Assembly: GCA_002633005.1 (NCBI GenBank)
Contig: NMRA01000202.1
Coordinates: 229,516 to 293,515, forward strand
Origin: Phoronis australis
Taxonomy: Eukaryota; Animalia; Phoronida
Length of the DNA: 64,000 nt
Direction of reading: 5' to 3'
Shown here: positions 1 to 11,930 of the stretch, piece after piece
How positions within the stretch are numbered: position 1 is the first letter of the stretch
Layout: each line of letters begins with the position of its first letter
Made by a program: the position numbers and the translations under genes
Notes under the pieces: model-generated
Told to the model about the DNA's origin: nothing
Databases searched by the model: none
Seen by the model: the letters and a program-made list of their open reading frames with translations, nothing else

Positions 1-3000
1 ATACATAATTTATAATGAGGTCGATAATGAAGTTAAAGCAATCCCCCGAACCCCGTTGATTTCGATGTCATGCGGTACGTTTCAGAGCAGGCAATCATGC
101 AGACATAACGCGAACTTTAAACACTAGAGTTCCCTCATGAACAATGAATTACTAACAACACTAGAGTGTCGTTTTTTCTCTTTTGGTTGTGTACGTCACA
201 CACTGCGGGAACGATGTAAATCCAATACAAGTCATGTGGAGTTGACCGCAAGCAGGTCACGCGAAAGTCCAGTGACATCACTCTGACCTACTGAGGCCAG
301 TGACATAAGGATGCCGAGGTGTCCTCGTATGGCCGGTTGCATGAAACAGTCCCAAACAGAACTAATTTCCCTAAATATACTGCGTATTTGGGGACTTGTG
401 AAAACACTGATTGCCCATTTTTATACTGTTTTTGTTTCATTTCTAAGTCAACTTTTGGCTTTGATACAAATCGAGAGAGAACTCGACGTTGAATTCTCAA
501 TATCATTGAAAATGTGTAGGGATCTTTTCATGCAACGCTCCTAACTTAAGGACTAAGTCCCTATCTATTTCATGGAATTCAAGGCTCAATTTTTGGTTAT
601 ATTATTAGAAAATGTCTTTAGTCAAAGAGGAGTTCATAATAAAGATGAAATGATAGAAAAAGATTACATCTGTTAATAAACAAAGACACAAATATGCAAA
701 AGATTTAGGGAATTTAGTTGAGTCCTTATTTGTGACTGTTTCATGCAAGCCGGCACCGAAAGATAACTACTGCAGCGATCCCCCGACGTGGGTGACGGGA
801 TTTGTACCTCGGCATGGGGTTTGCTGTAAGTTGGTCTGGCACTGGAGCTAAGGGGTCGCTATCGGAAATTAGAGAAGGGGCCACGGAATTGTTTCTACCC
901 CTTGACACTTGCATAACATAACAAGGAATACTCGACGACTTAGAAATCATGGTAGTAAAAATATAACTTCATGTCATATGCATATTGGAAAGTGCCACTG
1001 TGCTAATTTGATGCGTCTGCGGCATGTCAGGTCTATACTCTTTCTAAATGGTTTCACTAACACTAAATTGATTCGTCTTCGACCAGGCTCAATCAAATTC
1101 TATTGCAATTCGTATAGGGTGAGTATTCCTTAACAACGATTACAAGTAGCTGAGTGCTAATAATGAACTCGAACTAGTCTGTCGTCAATATTTCTTATGT
1201 CTGTTTTATTGCTTGTTCAAAAACGCCAGTGCGTTACTTTTACGTTGTTATGTCGGACTTATTTCTGGCAACTTGGGTGGAACCACAACTTTTTATGAGT
1301 CTTAAAAGAACTGGCAATTCATGTAAGAATGTAAGTGGCCGGTCTCGTTCGAAAACACGTTCTTCATGTGAGGGAAAGCAGTTGATCATAGTTTTAGGTA
1401 ACAATTGTTCGACTAAGTTTTCTAGTGATAGTGAGGAAGACGTGTTTAAAATTAAAGGGGCATTCCGCCTCTGCTTAGCTGTCAATGTTGAATTCTTAAA
1501 CGAAGCGCTTTCGTGTTTAAAAATATTATCACACTAATCTGCCTCCGGTTCAGCAACCGGATGGGACCTCGCTAAAAACAAGACTTCGCGAGATTACGTG
1601 AAATATTGCCGTGTATCTTGAATGAGAACATGTGACTTTGGCTAGATTTTTGATAGGTCCTAGCGTTAGTGAACGCACGCCTCCCTGGCCTTATTTGTTA
1701 ACGAATGAGCCGACAACTCACAAGCAAAGCATACACGCGCCATTTTCGAGTCAGACCAACACCAACAAGCTCTGAAGTTTTTCTTGAGTAGCTGATGGTT
1801 CTGACGTTTTTGTTTCGAATCCTATCACGGTAAGGAATGTTATGAGCCCGATTTTCTGAGAGTAAAAAACTAATTTAATGTTCATTTTTAGCCAGGTAAA
1901 GTAGGCGAATTCAGTACATCTGCATACAAGTACATATTTACATTCTTCATTTGACTTTACTAATGGAGGGAGGGGCTTTCTGGGAAAATTCCCAGCAGAA
2001 AACTTCCAACTAATATTATACGCTACAAGTCACCTGCAAGACTATTTCTATCTTACAAGACCTCTCCAAGCCGTTTGTGCGCACACATAGCAGTGCATTT
2101 TCCGCGATTTTCATTTTTTTTTCAATGATACACATATCCCGCTTACATTCCACCTGTTTTGAAATTCTGGACCGGCCGCCCACCGCTTTACGCAAATTTC
2201 TCACTTTTCCTGCAGTGGTGACCTTTACTTTAATGTGAGAGGCTTAAACCTTAAGTATTACAAAATACTAATCAGAACGTGGTATCAGTTACTGACATGA
2301 TGCCCGTAAGTAGCCCGGGGAGGTCAAAGGAATGCTTGCGACAATCCAAGCACGTATCAACATAACGAAGAAAATATTAGCAAAATAGTTCCGAAATCTC
2401 AAATTAACATTTTGCGGGGCAAAGTTACTGTTTCCCAATTCCGATGTTTTTCAACTCCTCGAACTGCGATGTCGTAGGAATACAAATTATGATTGCGTGT
2501 TCACCTGATAAACTGGAAACCAAGGTCAAGGTTCAAAGGCACACTGAGACAGAAGAAACGTCACAATAACACGTTGCCATGACGGCCATAGCGACCGAAA
2601 ACGTGACACTGATATCAGCTATTAGAGGAAAGTAGAACAAATAAACAATTCCCGGTTTGCCAATAGATGAAAACGAAAATGAAACGCGGCTGATCACATA
2701 GAAAGAATTTTAATTTGTCAGCGGTGTAACCTCGTGAGAGAGCCAGACAGGAAACCTCGTGCAAAACGTGATCCTTTGTGGTTAGCTCGCTTCCGTTTAG
2801 CACAAAAGCAGCGTCGAATAAGTTTACGAAATAATAAAAGACAGAGCGGAAGAGTCAGCAATCACTCTTCAATGAAAATCAGAGATTTCCTAAATCAATG
2901 CCATCACCGGAGACTGTTTTGGAACATTCGGAAATTCGCCGAAAGAACAGTGACGTTCATACGAAAGTACTTTTGCGAGTTAATTGTAAGAAATCTATAA

Positions 3001-4116
3001 AATTCTATGCATTTTCAAAACACTTCGTTAAAACGACCTGAACACATTTAAAGGTATTGCCGGTACTACATAAGACTGGATTTTTTTCAACACCGACTTA
3101 AAATGGTGTGACAAATGTCAAAACAGCTATTTGCACGAAAAATCAGTTTACATTAAGAGCAATTATCCGCTAATGGTTTATTGGTGCTGATTAATTTATA
3201 ATGCTTGCAAAGTTATTTCCAGTCACTCCCTAATGCATGGGACGACAGAATTACCGCAAGCATGTGACCTCGCAATGGAATTGATGGGTTCACTGCACAG
3301 CTTGGTAAATCTCGTTGAGCTAAGTCTTGCCAAAGAATCTTCTTCGGGTCTGGCTAGTTTCAACTTTGACATCTTCGAGCATAACAAGATATTTACCAGA
3401 ACGTATCGGCCACGTCGGCATCACTGCATTGCATTCTCACCGCCTGTGAGCGGTCGGATTAGGTTGAAACCAGGGGATTTAACTTCCGTTCGTATCAAGA
3501 GCCTAGTGACCGCTTTATCGATTTTTCAAAAATCTCAATGACAATCTGAGGTCCGTCAGACACCAACCGGCGCCGCGCCCATGACACGCCTATAATTATG
3601 TTTACGCTGACGTCTCAGTCAGATTGTTTTCAGGCGGGAAATTTCACCAATGTCAGTTATATTTGGCAAAACTTAAGACATCTTTGAACTTCGCATCCAG
3701 CCTATTATCATTCAAATGCATGCATGGGGTTAATCAAGCGTTTACGGTTTTATCGGCAGCGTATTCAACCGCTTCAGTTCTTACTGCATTGTCAATTTAA
3801 ATTGATTTCAGTTGCCTTCAATTACCGATAAGCAACGTAATGGATACAACTATTTCCATTGAATAAGCTTCGGTCATGACAACGGGATGTCTGAACGATA
3901 GTTGTAAATTCTGTTAACGCAGAATATCGCCAAACACGGTTCGATGTAAGCCATAGCAGTTTTATAGTACATAAGGTGCTGGGATTATTATTAAAAATAT
4001 TACTCTTTGATGAGTTTAGGCTATGAATACAGAGGAACCGGAAGTTTTGCATTATTCATAACAGCGTTTTTGGAATTAGGCAACAGTTTACGCTTCTTCA
4101 TTTTTCAGCTGGTTAC

Positions 4117-4948
4117 TGAGGGGAGTACACTGGAAATTGCGGTTTGGCTGTGTACGAGGTGGTTCGTATAGGCAAGAAACACAAGAGATGAATCTTGACT
4201 AGTATATTGAAGACTGTCAACGAATGATGAGAACAACTCTCAATGCGGAGAACAAACTACTAATCAACTCATACTACTGAAGCTACTGATACTACTTAAA
4301 ATATGGTGAAAGTGATATATATAGAGACCTGAGAAACACGAATTAACCAATGAAATTAATGAACAAATAAAGGATGCACTATGCTGATGATAAACAGTTC
4401 TGGGAAAGGANNNNNNNNNNNNNNNNNNNNNNNNNNNNNNNNNNNNNNNNNNNNNNNNNNNNNNNNNNNNNNNNNNNNNNNNNNNNNNNNNNNNNNNNNN
4501 NNNNNNNNNNNNNNNNNNNNNNNGTCTACTTTTTGAGTTATTTGAGATTTACTGATAACGCTGTTCCTTTGTTGAACGCTCTTGCTGCATTCAGGTTGGT
4601 TTAGCTTCAATTGAACTAGACTGCAGCCTATTTCTTAATGATTTATGACATCTAAATTCGTCATATGAATGTTGTGATGTTGTTCATCATCGCCACCAAC
4701 ATCATCATATTCGTCATCATCGTCATCATCTTCGTCATCATCTCCGTCTTTTCCTTAATTTCGCCAAGTGTCGCTCAAGACTAGCCTTTTTCTTACTGAT
4801 TTCGGACTCCTACGTTCGTCATGTGTATGTTATTAACTTCTTTTGTTCATCCTCACCACCATCTTCGTCATATTCGTCATCTTCGTCATCATCTTTATCG
4901 TCATCTTTTTGGTTAATTTCGCCAAGGTTCGCTCCTCGGAGCGCTTTC
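4117..4948 (-). mobile_element. Possible HINE-like element with a (GAT/GAC)n microsatellite, interrupted by an N gap
   Basis: The minus strand starts GAAAGCGCTCCGAGGAGCG (hairpin) then AACCTTGGCGAAATTAA and a trinucleotide tract; this module is present twice (4680-4930). Confidence 0.4.
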
Positions 4949-5798
4949 ATTAAAAATATTACTCTTTGATGAGTTTAGGCTATGAATACAGAGGAACCGG
5001 AAGTTTTGCATCATTCATAACAGCGTTTTTGGAATTAGGCAACAGTTTACGCTTCTTCATTTTTCAGCTGGTTACGTACGAGACCATCGTGAACCCTCAT
5101 TGTTCAGTGGCGTAATGCATGCAGTTGCTGCATTTGTATGTAAGGGCAATTTGGCGACTTTTTCGCCTGGCTTCCGGTTAACAAAGTTTTTAAGAAAGTG
5201 TCTTTCATCATTTTTATCATCGCTTCATTTTTTTTACCAGTAATTGTAATTTCGCCGTGAATTTCAGTAGATATGGTTTGCATTTTTTGAACGAAAGCAA
5301 GACGCAGCAAGAGACGTGGAGGGACCACACGTAAACAAACCAATGAAAATTGGGTGCATTTCTACTGGCCCAAGAACGGCATAGAAAAATAATTGCCAAT
5401 TCACAAAACAAGGATTATCGGACAGCAGTTATGACTCTGTTTGAGGCTATGAACATATTGAATCTTGATAAAACTGACAGGTGCAAATAAGGTGAGCCGC
5501 TTACACCTGTGGCGGTATTTCATGGCTAGTGAACGCGCGAAGAAGGGCGACCGAGGTCACGGTGACAAGAATAGACGAACAACTTATGTGAATTGGGACA
5601 GCTGGGAGGGCCAGGTCAAAGTTGCATTTAAGTGAACCGATGACGAAATGTGCTGCTCGCGAGCACCTTCAAAAAGACGAAATCAGTAATAAAAGCAGAT
5701 CCAGCTTGTTTTCAAGGCCCAAAATACTGTGCAGAATGAGTCAAATCTAAACCGTATTCTCTTCCATAAAACCATGAATTTCTCGTATTCCTACCTTT

Positions 5799-7580
5799 CA
5801 GGCTTTCAAGCAGTTTCAGGCAAAAAGTAGGAAAAAGGACACATTTCCAAAAACGTAGGAACTGTGAAGTGAAAAGTAGGTAAAAGTAGGAACAAGAGCA
5901 GGCGTTCAGGAGTAGTTTTCATCGATACTTACAATGACGTTTACCTCATGTCACAGGCAGTAGCCTACAGTACTCACCATTGGTTCGAGAGCCCGGCAGC
6001 AGGACTTGATTCACGCTTTTGAGTGCAAAAGGGTTGACTGCGTAATTCTATTGTGCATCACCTACCACTGAAGGAAAGGGGCATCTTAAGTTTCACAATC
6101 CTGAGATTTGGTCTCTGGGGGGAGGGGGGGGGGAGTCCGAAAGAGAAGTCAAAATCCGTATAATTAAAATTTCGAGTGCAACATCTGTTTCAAGTTTATT
6201 TCAATCAAGTCACCCTCTTATATATTGAAATGATACAACTCGAGACGCGAAAATGACTGAGGTTATTAAGTAAAAGCACTTACCAATTCACGACGAATTA
6301 ACGACTCATTAAAACATTTAAGTGCTACAAAAAATTCTCCAAAAGATTGTTACCATATTCGATTTTTCCTGGGATTTGTACATAAGACGGAGGTTCTTGG
6401 ATTCCAAGGGATAAGAAGACCCTCAAAATGAACTAATAATAGAGGAAATACAACTGTAACTTTTTGATTGCTTCTGTGAATAAAACATTATTTCAAGTGA
6501 ACAAAAAAAAATACAAGTTGTGGTATGAAAAATTCTTGCGTTAGTAAGACACTTATTAATTAACGGCCAATTAATGATTTCTTTAAATTGTTAAGTGCAA
6601 CAAAAATTGTTTTTCTAACAGACAGTTTAGTAACTCTGGACATCATATTCACAACTTAAGACTGGATTTTCCTGGTGTTTGCAGTTAAGATGGAGGTGTT
6701 TTGACCTCTAGGGATAAGAAGACCCCCAAAACGAACTTGTTTAAAAAGAGAAAATACAACGATTTTGATGCCTACTGTGGATAAAACATATTATTTCAGC
6801 TCTCGTTTGAATGACTCCCTCTCGAGTTGTTTCTTGAAGCGTGAGTCTCTTCTGTGTTCTTCTATAACAAGTTCCCCTCCTACAACAGGGTCTTACTGTC
6901 CCCCGGGATCCAAACACCCCCATCTTATCTACAAACCCGAGGAAAATTGCCTCCTAAGTTGTGGATATGGTGTCCAGAGTCACTAAAGTATCTTTTGGAA
7001 GAGGAATTTAATTGTTGCACTTACAATTTGAAATAAATCATTAATTGGTTATTAATTATTAGGCGTCTTAATTAATAACTCCAGGCATTTACACGTCTTA
7101 AGTTGCATCGTTTTAACAATTTCAGTGGTGATTTGAATGAAATCAACTTGAAACGGACGTTGCACTCGAAACTTTAATGAAATGGATTTTTAGGCCCTAT
7201 TTTGGACTCCCCAGGTACCAAAGCTCATGATGGTGCATCTTAAGACTCTTTTTCCTTCAATGTTTAAGTTAGGTGATATACAATAAAATTTCGCACTCAA
7301 GCCTTTTGCACTAAAGAAAAAAAAAATGTGAATAAAGTCGTCCTGGCTCTCCAACTACATGGTCTTATTGTTAGCATCGCTTGTGCTGGAGGAAGTCTTT
7401 CGTGTGCTCTCCTGACAACCTGAAATGACTACTCACTAAAACAAAAGCATAACTTAGACAAAAGTTTTAGAGCTATGAGAAAAAAAGTAGGAAAAAGTAG
7501 GAAATATTAGGTATTTCAGAAAAAAAGTAGGAAAAGGACAAAAAGTAAGAAAAGTAGGAAAAGTAGGAACGCTCTAAAGC
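5799..7580. mobile_element. Non-autonomous hAT-like DNA transposon with subterminal AAAAGTAGG repeats
   Basis: Starts CAGGCTTTCAAGC and ends GAACGCTCTAAAGC (imperfect TIR, right tip apparently eroded); 8-bp CTACCTTT on both flanks; AAAGTAGG clusters at both ends. Confidence 0.65.
6000..7345. mobile_element. Foldback/palindromic element nested in the hAT-like element
   Basis: About 300-bp inverted arms (e.g. TTCGAGTGCAACATCTGTTTCAAGTT vs AACTTGAAACGGACGTTGCACTCGAA) enclosing an internal module present twice direct and once inverted. Confidence 0.75.
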
Positions 7581-7651
7581 CTACCTTTATTTAAAGCAGC
7601 AGCCACAGTTTATGGTCTCGGAATTCTCCTGACAGCCATACCGCCATGACG

Positions 7652-8050
7652 ACTGATATCGACGCGCCGTGACAAGGAAATTAGGCATATTACGAAGCAA
7701 TAACGAGCTACCAGTTCTTCTCAAGTTTAGAATTGAGTAAGGAACGAGGTGAGACCGAATTAATGACATTAAGTGGCCAAATGTAAAAGATGTCATTCAA
7801 GAGCAGGCCCGGCTTTATTACCCCTTTTTAAGGAACACACTCGGGTTTTGTGGCAACTGATATTGACGCGTCGTGTCAAGGAAATTGTGCATCTTGCGAA
7901 GCCATAACGAGGTATCGGTTCTTTTCAAGTCTAGAATTGAGTAAGGAACGAGGTGAGACCGAATTTATGACATTAAGTGGACAAATTTAAAAGATGCCAT
8001 TCAACAGAAGGCGCGGGTTTATGACCATCTTTTTAAAGGAACACGCTCGC
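7652..8050. repeat. About 205-bp tandem duplication
   Basis: Two diverged copies sharing TAGAATTGAGTAAGGAACGAGGTGAGACCGAATT. Confidence 0.9.
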
Positions 8051-8221
8051 ATACGCGTTTTTGAGACTATTGTTGGACGATATTGACTTCTTGAAGTTAT
8101 TAGCTTTGAATATAGAATAACAAAATCCGTTGTGCTTTTGTCATTCAAATACAGATCACCCATTCTCACCGTTGGTTGATCATTCACTGAAATCAAGGCC
8201 AGTGACTATTCAACAAGTGGG

Positions 8222-8417
8222 TTAAATTAGCTCGGCGCTAGCAATGCGCAGGACTGCCGATCGCTGAGGTTGCGAGTTCCATTCCGCCTTCGAAATGATC
8301 CAAGAAAACCACAGTTTTCTCCCCTATAATGTCACTTTGATTACATGTAGCTGCTTGGCGTATTACCACATCAACAAGAACTTAGTGCTCGGTGACGATC
8401 AACAAATAAAAATAAAA
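8222..8417 (+). mobile_element. Possible degenerate tRNA-derived SINE with an A-rich tail
   Basis: TAGCTCGGCG (A-box-like), GAGTTCCATTCC (B-box-like), tail AACAAATAAAAATAAAA. Confidence 0.35.
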
Positions 8418-11400
8418 TGACCTCCTAAGCCGGGGGCAGCGGAAATGACGCGTAGTTTCGTACATTTCAAATTAAAACCATTTGAAAATTTAGAATGTTT
8501 ATGAAATCGCCATTACCAAAAAGTTAGAAAAATTTTAAAACGCCAGCAGTCGAGTTTCACTGGCCGCTAAAAAACCACGGTTTTACTGAGCCAGGCGAGC
8601 TTCGCCGAAGGGGTAATACTCGCTATCAGTTACTTTGTTTCCTTAGCACCAGGATCGCTTTTAAGCGATGATTGATATTAAAACACGTTGACTTTCTGTC
8701 ATAAATTGATTGATGTGATGATGGAACAAAGGCGTCTCACCCCTGCGCATGTGTGCCAAAGTAAGCCGGTCTGACTACATAAGTGCTAGTGAAAACGCCA
8801 GTACGTTTTGGGGTAGGTTATTACAAACCCCTAGTAAAGCGCTAGTAAAAGTGACCCTTGCGACTGTTCACAATAACTGCGCTTTTGCTGCTAGCGAGTT
8901 GTAGCGAAAACCCCATGATTTTGGCGAACTCGTGAACCGGGCATTAGTTGACCAGCAAAACAGAAAAATTTTCACACGCCATCACTGCGCCACCTAGAGG
9001 TGTGACGTCAAAAGCACAAATGTAATGAGGCAGCATAAACTGAGAAGCGACTTCTGATCAATTTTTTGTGTATTCGAGGAATACCACGAATTTTGACGAG
9101 ATGCATCGACTTAATCTATCGCATGACAAAAGATTTGTCATACGATCGACGGCAGAAGTAATTTCCCGTTTTACGCCGCTAACTGATTCTTGTATGAAAC
9201 CTGGATTTGTTTGACGGGATAAGCATATTTATGAGGAATGTAAGCCACCACGAGTGAAGCTCCCCCGAGAGCTCGGCGCATGGCACGCGCTGGCTTTGAG
9301 TGGTTTCAGATTCCTTGAGGTAGTGCTCCCGAGAAGAAAATCAAAGCATTGTTTGGAGTCAAAACACATTTATTGTAGGTCTGCACATTTTTATAGACCT
9401 ATTGTTTAAGTGATCGAGACTGTTTTCTAAACATAACTTGCACACGTGTCCTGTCATCACCTGATTTAGTCACCGTGATGAGCAATTTGATTTCCTGACT
9501 TTTTCAACTAGTTACCAGGGTATCCGGTTCGCTGTTCGGATTTATGGGGCCAATTTCACTTCAGTCAAACAGTCTCCAGGCACTAATTTTGCGATTTGAC
9601 ATGCAACAGTGGCCAAAAGAATTGTTGGTTTTACACGAATCACGATAACCTCATCAGACTTTATATAATAGACGGTGCCGAATCGAAGTTTCCAAAGCAA
9701 CAGTTTCAATACCGACTCAGAAAATTTTGTTTTTAGAATGAAATGAAAGAGGTTGTTGCTGTTTAGGTTCCTGTGGAGTGAGCCCATGTTTAAGAGTGCA
9801 GAACCAAGGCGTGACCGTTACTGTAGTACTAACGATTGTGTGCCTGTTGATCCATTTGGATGAACTAAATCACGATGATAAGATAGTTGCATAATGATGC
9901 GTAGGAGGGTTTTAAATTGCCAATTATAATCTGATAAAGTGTTTTCTATTTCGTAATAACAACCATTTAACTGATAACTTATTTACCAGTTGCAATATGG
10001 TAGTTATATACTTGGTTTATTACTTCCTGATGAATAGTATCCGTGATGACAAACGGACCATAGCAAATGCGGCGACGGTCCCACAAACCCACAGCCAATA
10101 TGGCAGTCCCCAGCAAGCGTAGCCTACTGTAAGCCAACAGCTACATGTTCTCTGCCCTCCAGTTTTTCAGTGCTGCGCCGTCTATGGACAAAAGACAAAT
10201 TTATTTCCTGCTGTTCAAAAACCAGTCACACGCATTACCATCATGTAAAGAAAGTGTTCTCAGGCCTAGATATGACGAAAACTTGCACCGGCTATCCAGG
10301 CGGAGGTCTCAGTATTTAGGTATCTCACATGCCGAGATTATTGAGTAAAGTGTTCCCTATGTTGTTCGCTTGAAGTAATCTAAGTAGCCACATTCCCAGA
10401 CTCCCAGGTAACCACCGGCATATAGGATTTTGGTTGTACCACATTGAAACAAAATGACCCCGGATTTTCGTGAGAGTGGTTTTGTGTCTCTCCGGCATAC
10501 TTTAGCCCTTCAGCATTTCTTTTTTAAGACTGCTTACTTTTAAGATGAATCTTACACCTATCAAACCATGATTGGTTGAAACTTCTGGACCAACGTGACG
10601 TGAGATCACGTTACCACTGTCCGTAATAAGATCCTGCAGTGAAACTGTAAGAGTCCGCGTATTGGCACTAAACACTGCAAAGCATAGCGACTGCAGGCGC
10701 TTCCACATTTCACATAAACGACCCCACATTGTAAAAATCTCACCGCGAAATTGAAAACACCCGAGACACGGCATGATGGATGGATCGGAACACTAACGTA
10801 CATGTCCAACTGTGTAGACAGATTTCCTGAACACGTGGTCCATGAATATCCCTTTCAGCACATTCGCAAGACGTCGATACCTGTAGCACGAAAGCGGCGT
10901 CTCATAACCTGGTCAAAAACTGGTTAATATGTTCGTGCGGTTAGAAATGTGACTTACTGTCACGTTGACTGAGTTACCTCATAACTGCTTCGCGAGCACT
11001 TTTGGCCGACACACGTGCGCACGCAGGGGTAAGAGGCATTTGTGCATCATCTCATTAATAAGCTTACGTACGTCAGATAGACAGATAATGCACGTGTTTC
11101 GTCATTAATTTTCGCGTATAAGCGATTCGTTTGGTGAGAAAAAAAATCTGCTGGTGAAAATGACACTTTCGCGGACATCTCATCTGTCAGCTGGGTAAAA
11201 CGACAGGCTAGCGTTTTAGCCAGTGAAGCTGATGGAGTTCTGACACTCCTGTGAACATGCACCAGGTTCACAGGAATGTCAAAAACGATAGCGAAACGCT
11301 TAACGACTCGAAGTGGTCTTTTTCATCAGCAGCTTGTGTCCTCGCCACCCGAATCTCTTAAAGTGAATATTGACGTAAAAAAACGATCACTTTCCTCTGT

Positions 11401-11748
11401 AAATTGATCGATGCGACAATAAACAAAGGCCTATTACCACTGCTGCGTGTGTGTCCTTTGAAGCAATGCTATTGCTCATTGTTTGAAGTGAGCGGTCTGG
11501 CTATAAAAGGGCTACCAGTCACGCGGTTACACAAACCATCAGCAAACAGTAGCAAAAGTGACACTTGCAACTGGCCGTTGACGGATTAGAACTGGGGTTT
11601 TTGCTACTAGCGAAAGTAATAACGTTTTCGCCAGTTAGTCAAAGCGGAATCAGTGGCAAATAACGACTCTGACTAAATGACCTGTGGTGACTGTACCATC
11701 CGAACATACTTGTAAAACCTTCCAGTTTTTAGAGCTATAATGCGAAAG

Positions 11749-11930
11749 CATGCGCGCACCCAGCCTTCAATATGGGGGGGGGGCTCGAATTCCTGACGAT
11801 GTGGACCTTTTGGCAACAAAAAAGCGCCACCGTGAATTGCGCGTTTGTGCTTCTTCAGTGGANGCCCACTTCGCCAAATGGGGGGGGGGGCTCGTTCGAG
11901 GCCCTTGGGCCCCTCCTGGGTGCGCGCATG
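11749..11930. mobile_element. 182-bp GC-rich MITE
   Basis: Perfect 15-bp TIR CATGCGCGCACCCAG/CTGGGTGCGCGCATG flanked by the 5-bp direct repeat GAAAG; internal poly-G tracts. Confidence 0.85.

Noticed and set aside
8222-8295. Possible tRNA genes here and at about 35455
   Set aside because: A/B boxes are degenerate and there is no acceptor stem or cloverleaf; treated as SINE relics.
11290-11332. Minus-strand CTGATGA followed by a short stem, hammerhead-like
   Set aside because: No GAAA core after the stem and no stems I/III. Other CTGATGA sites (about 10028, 63493) also fail.
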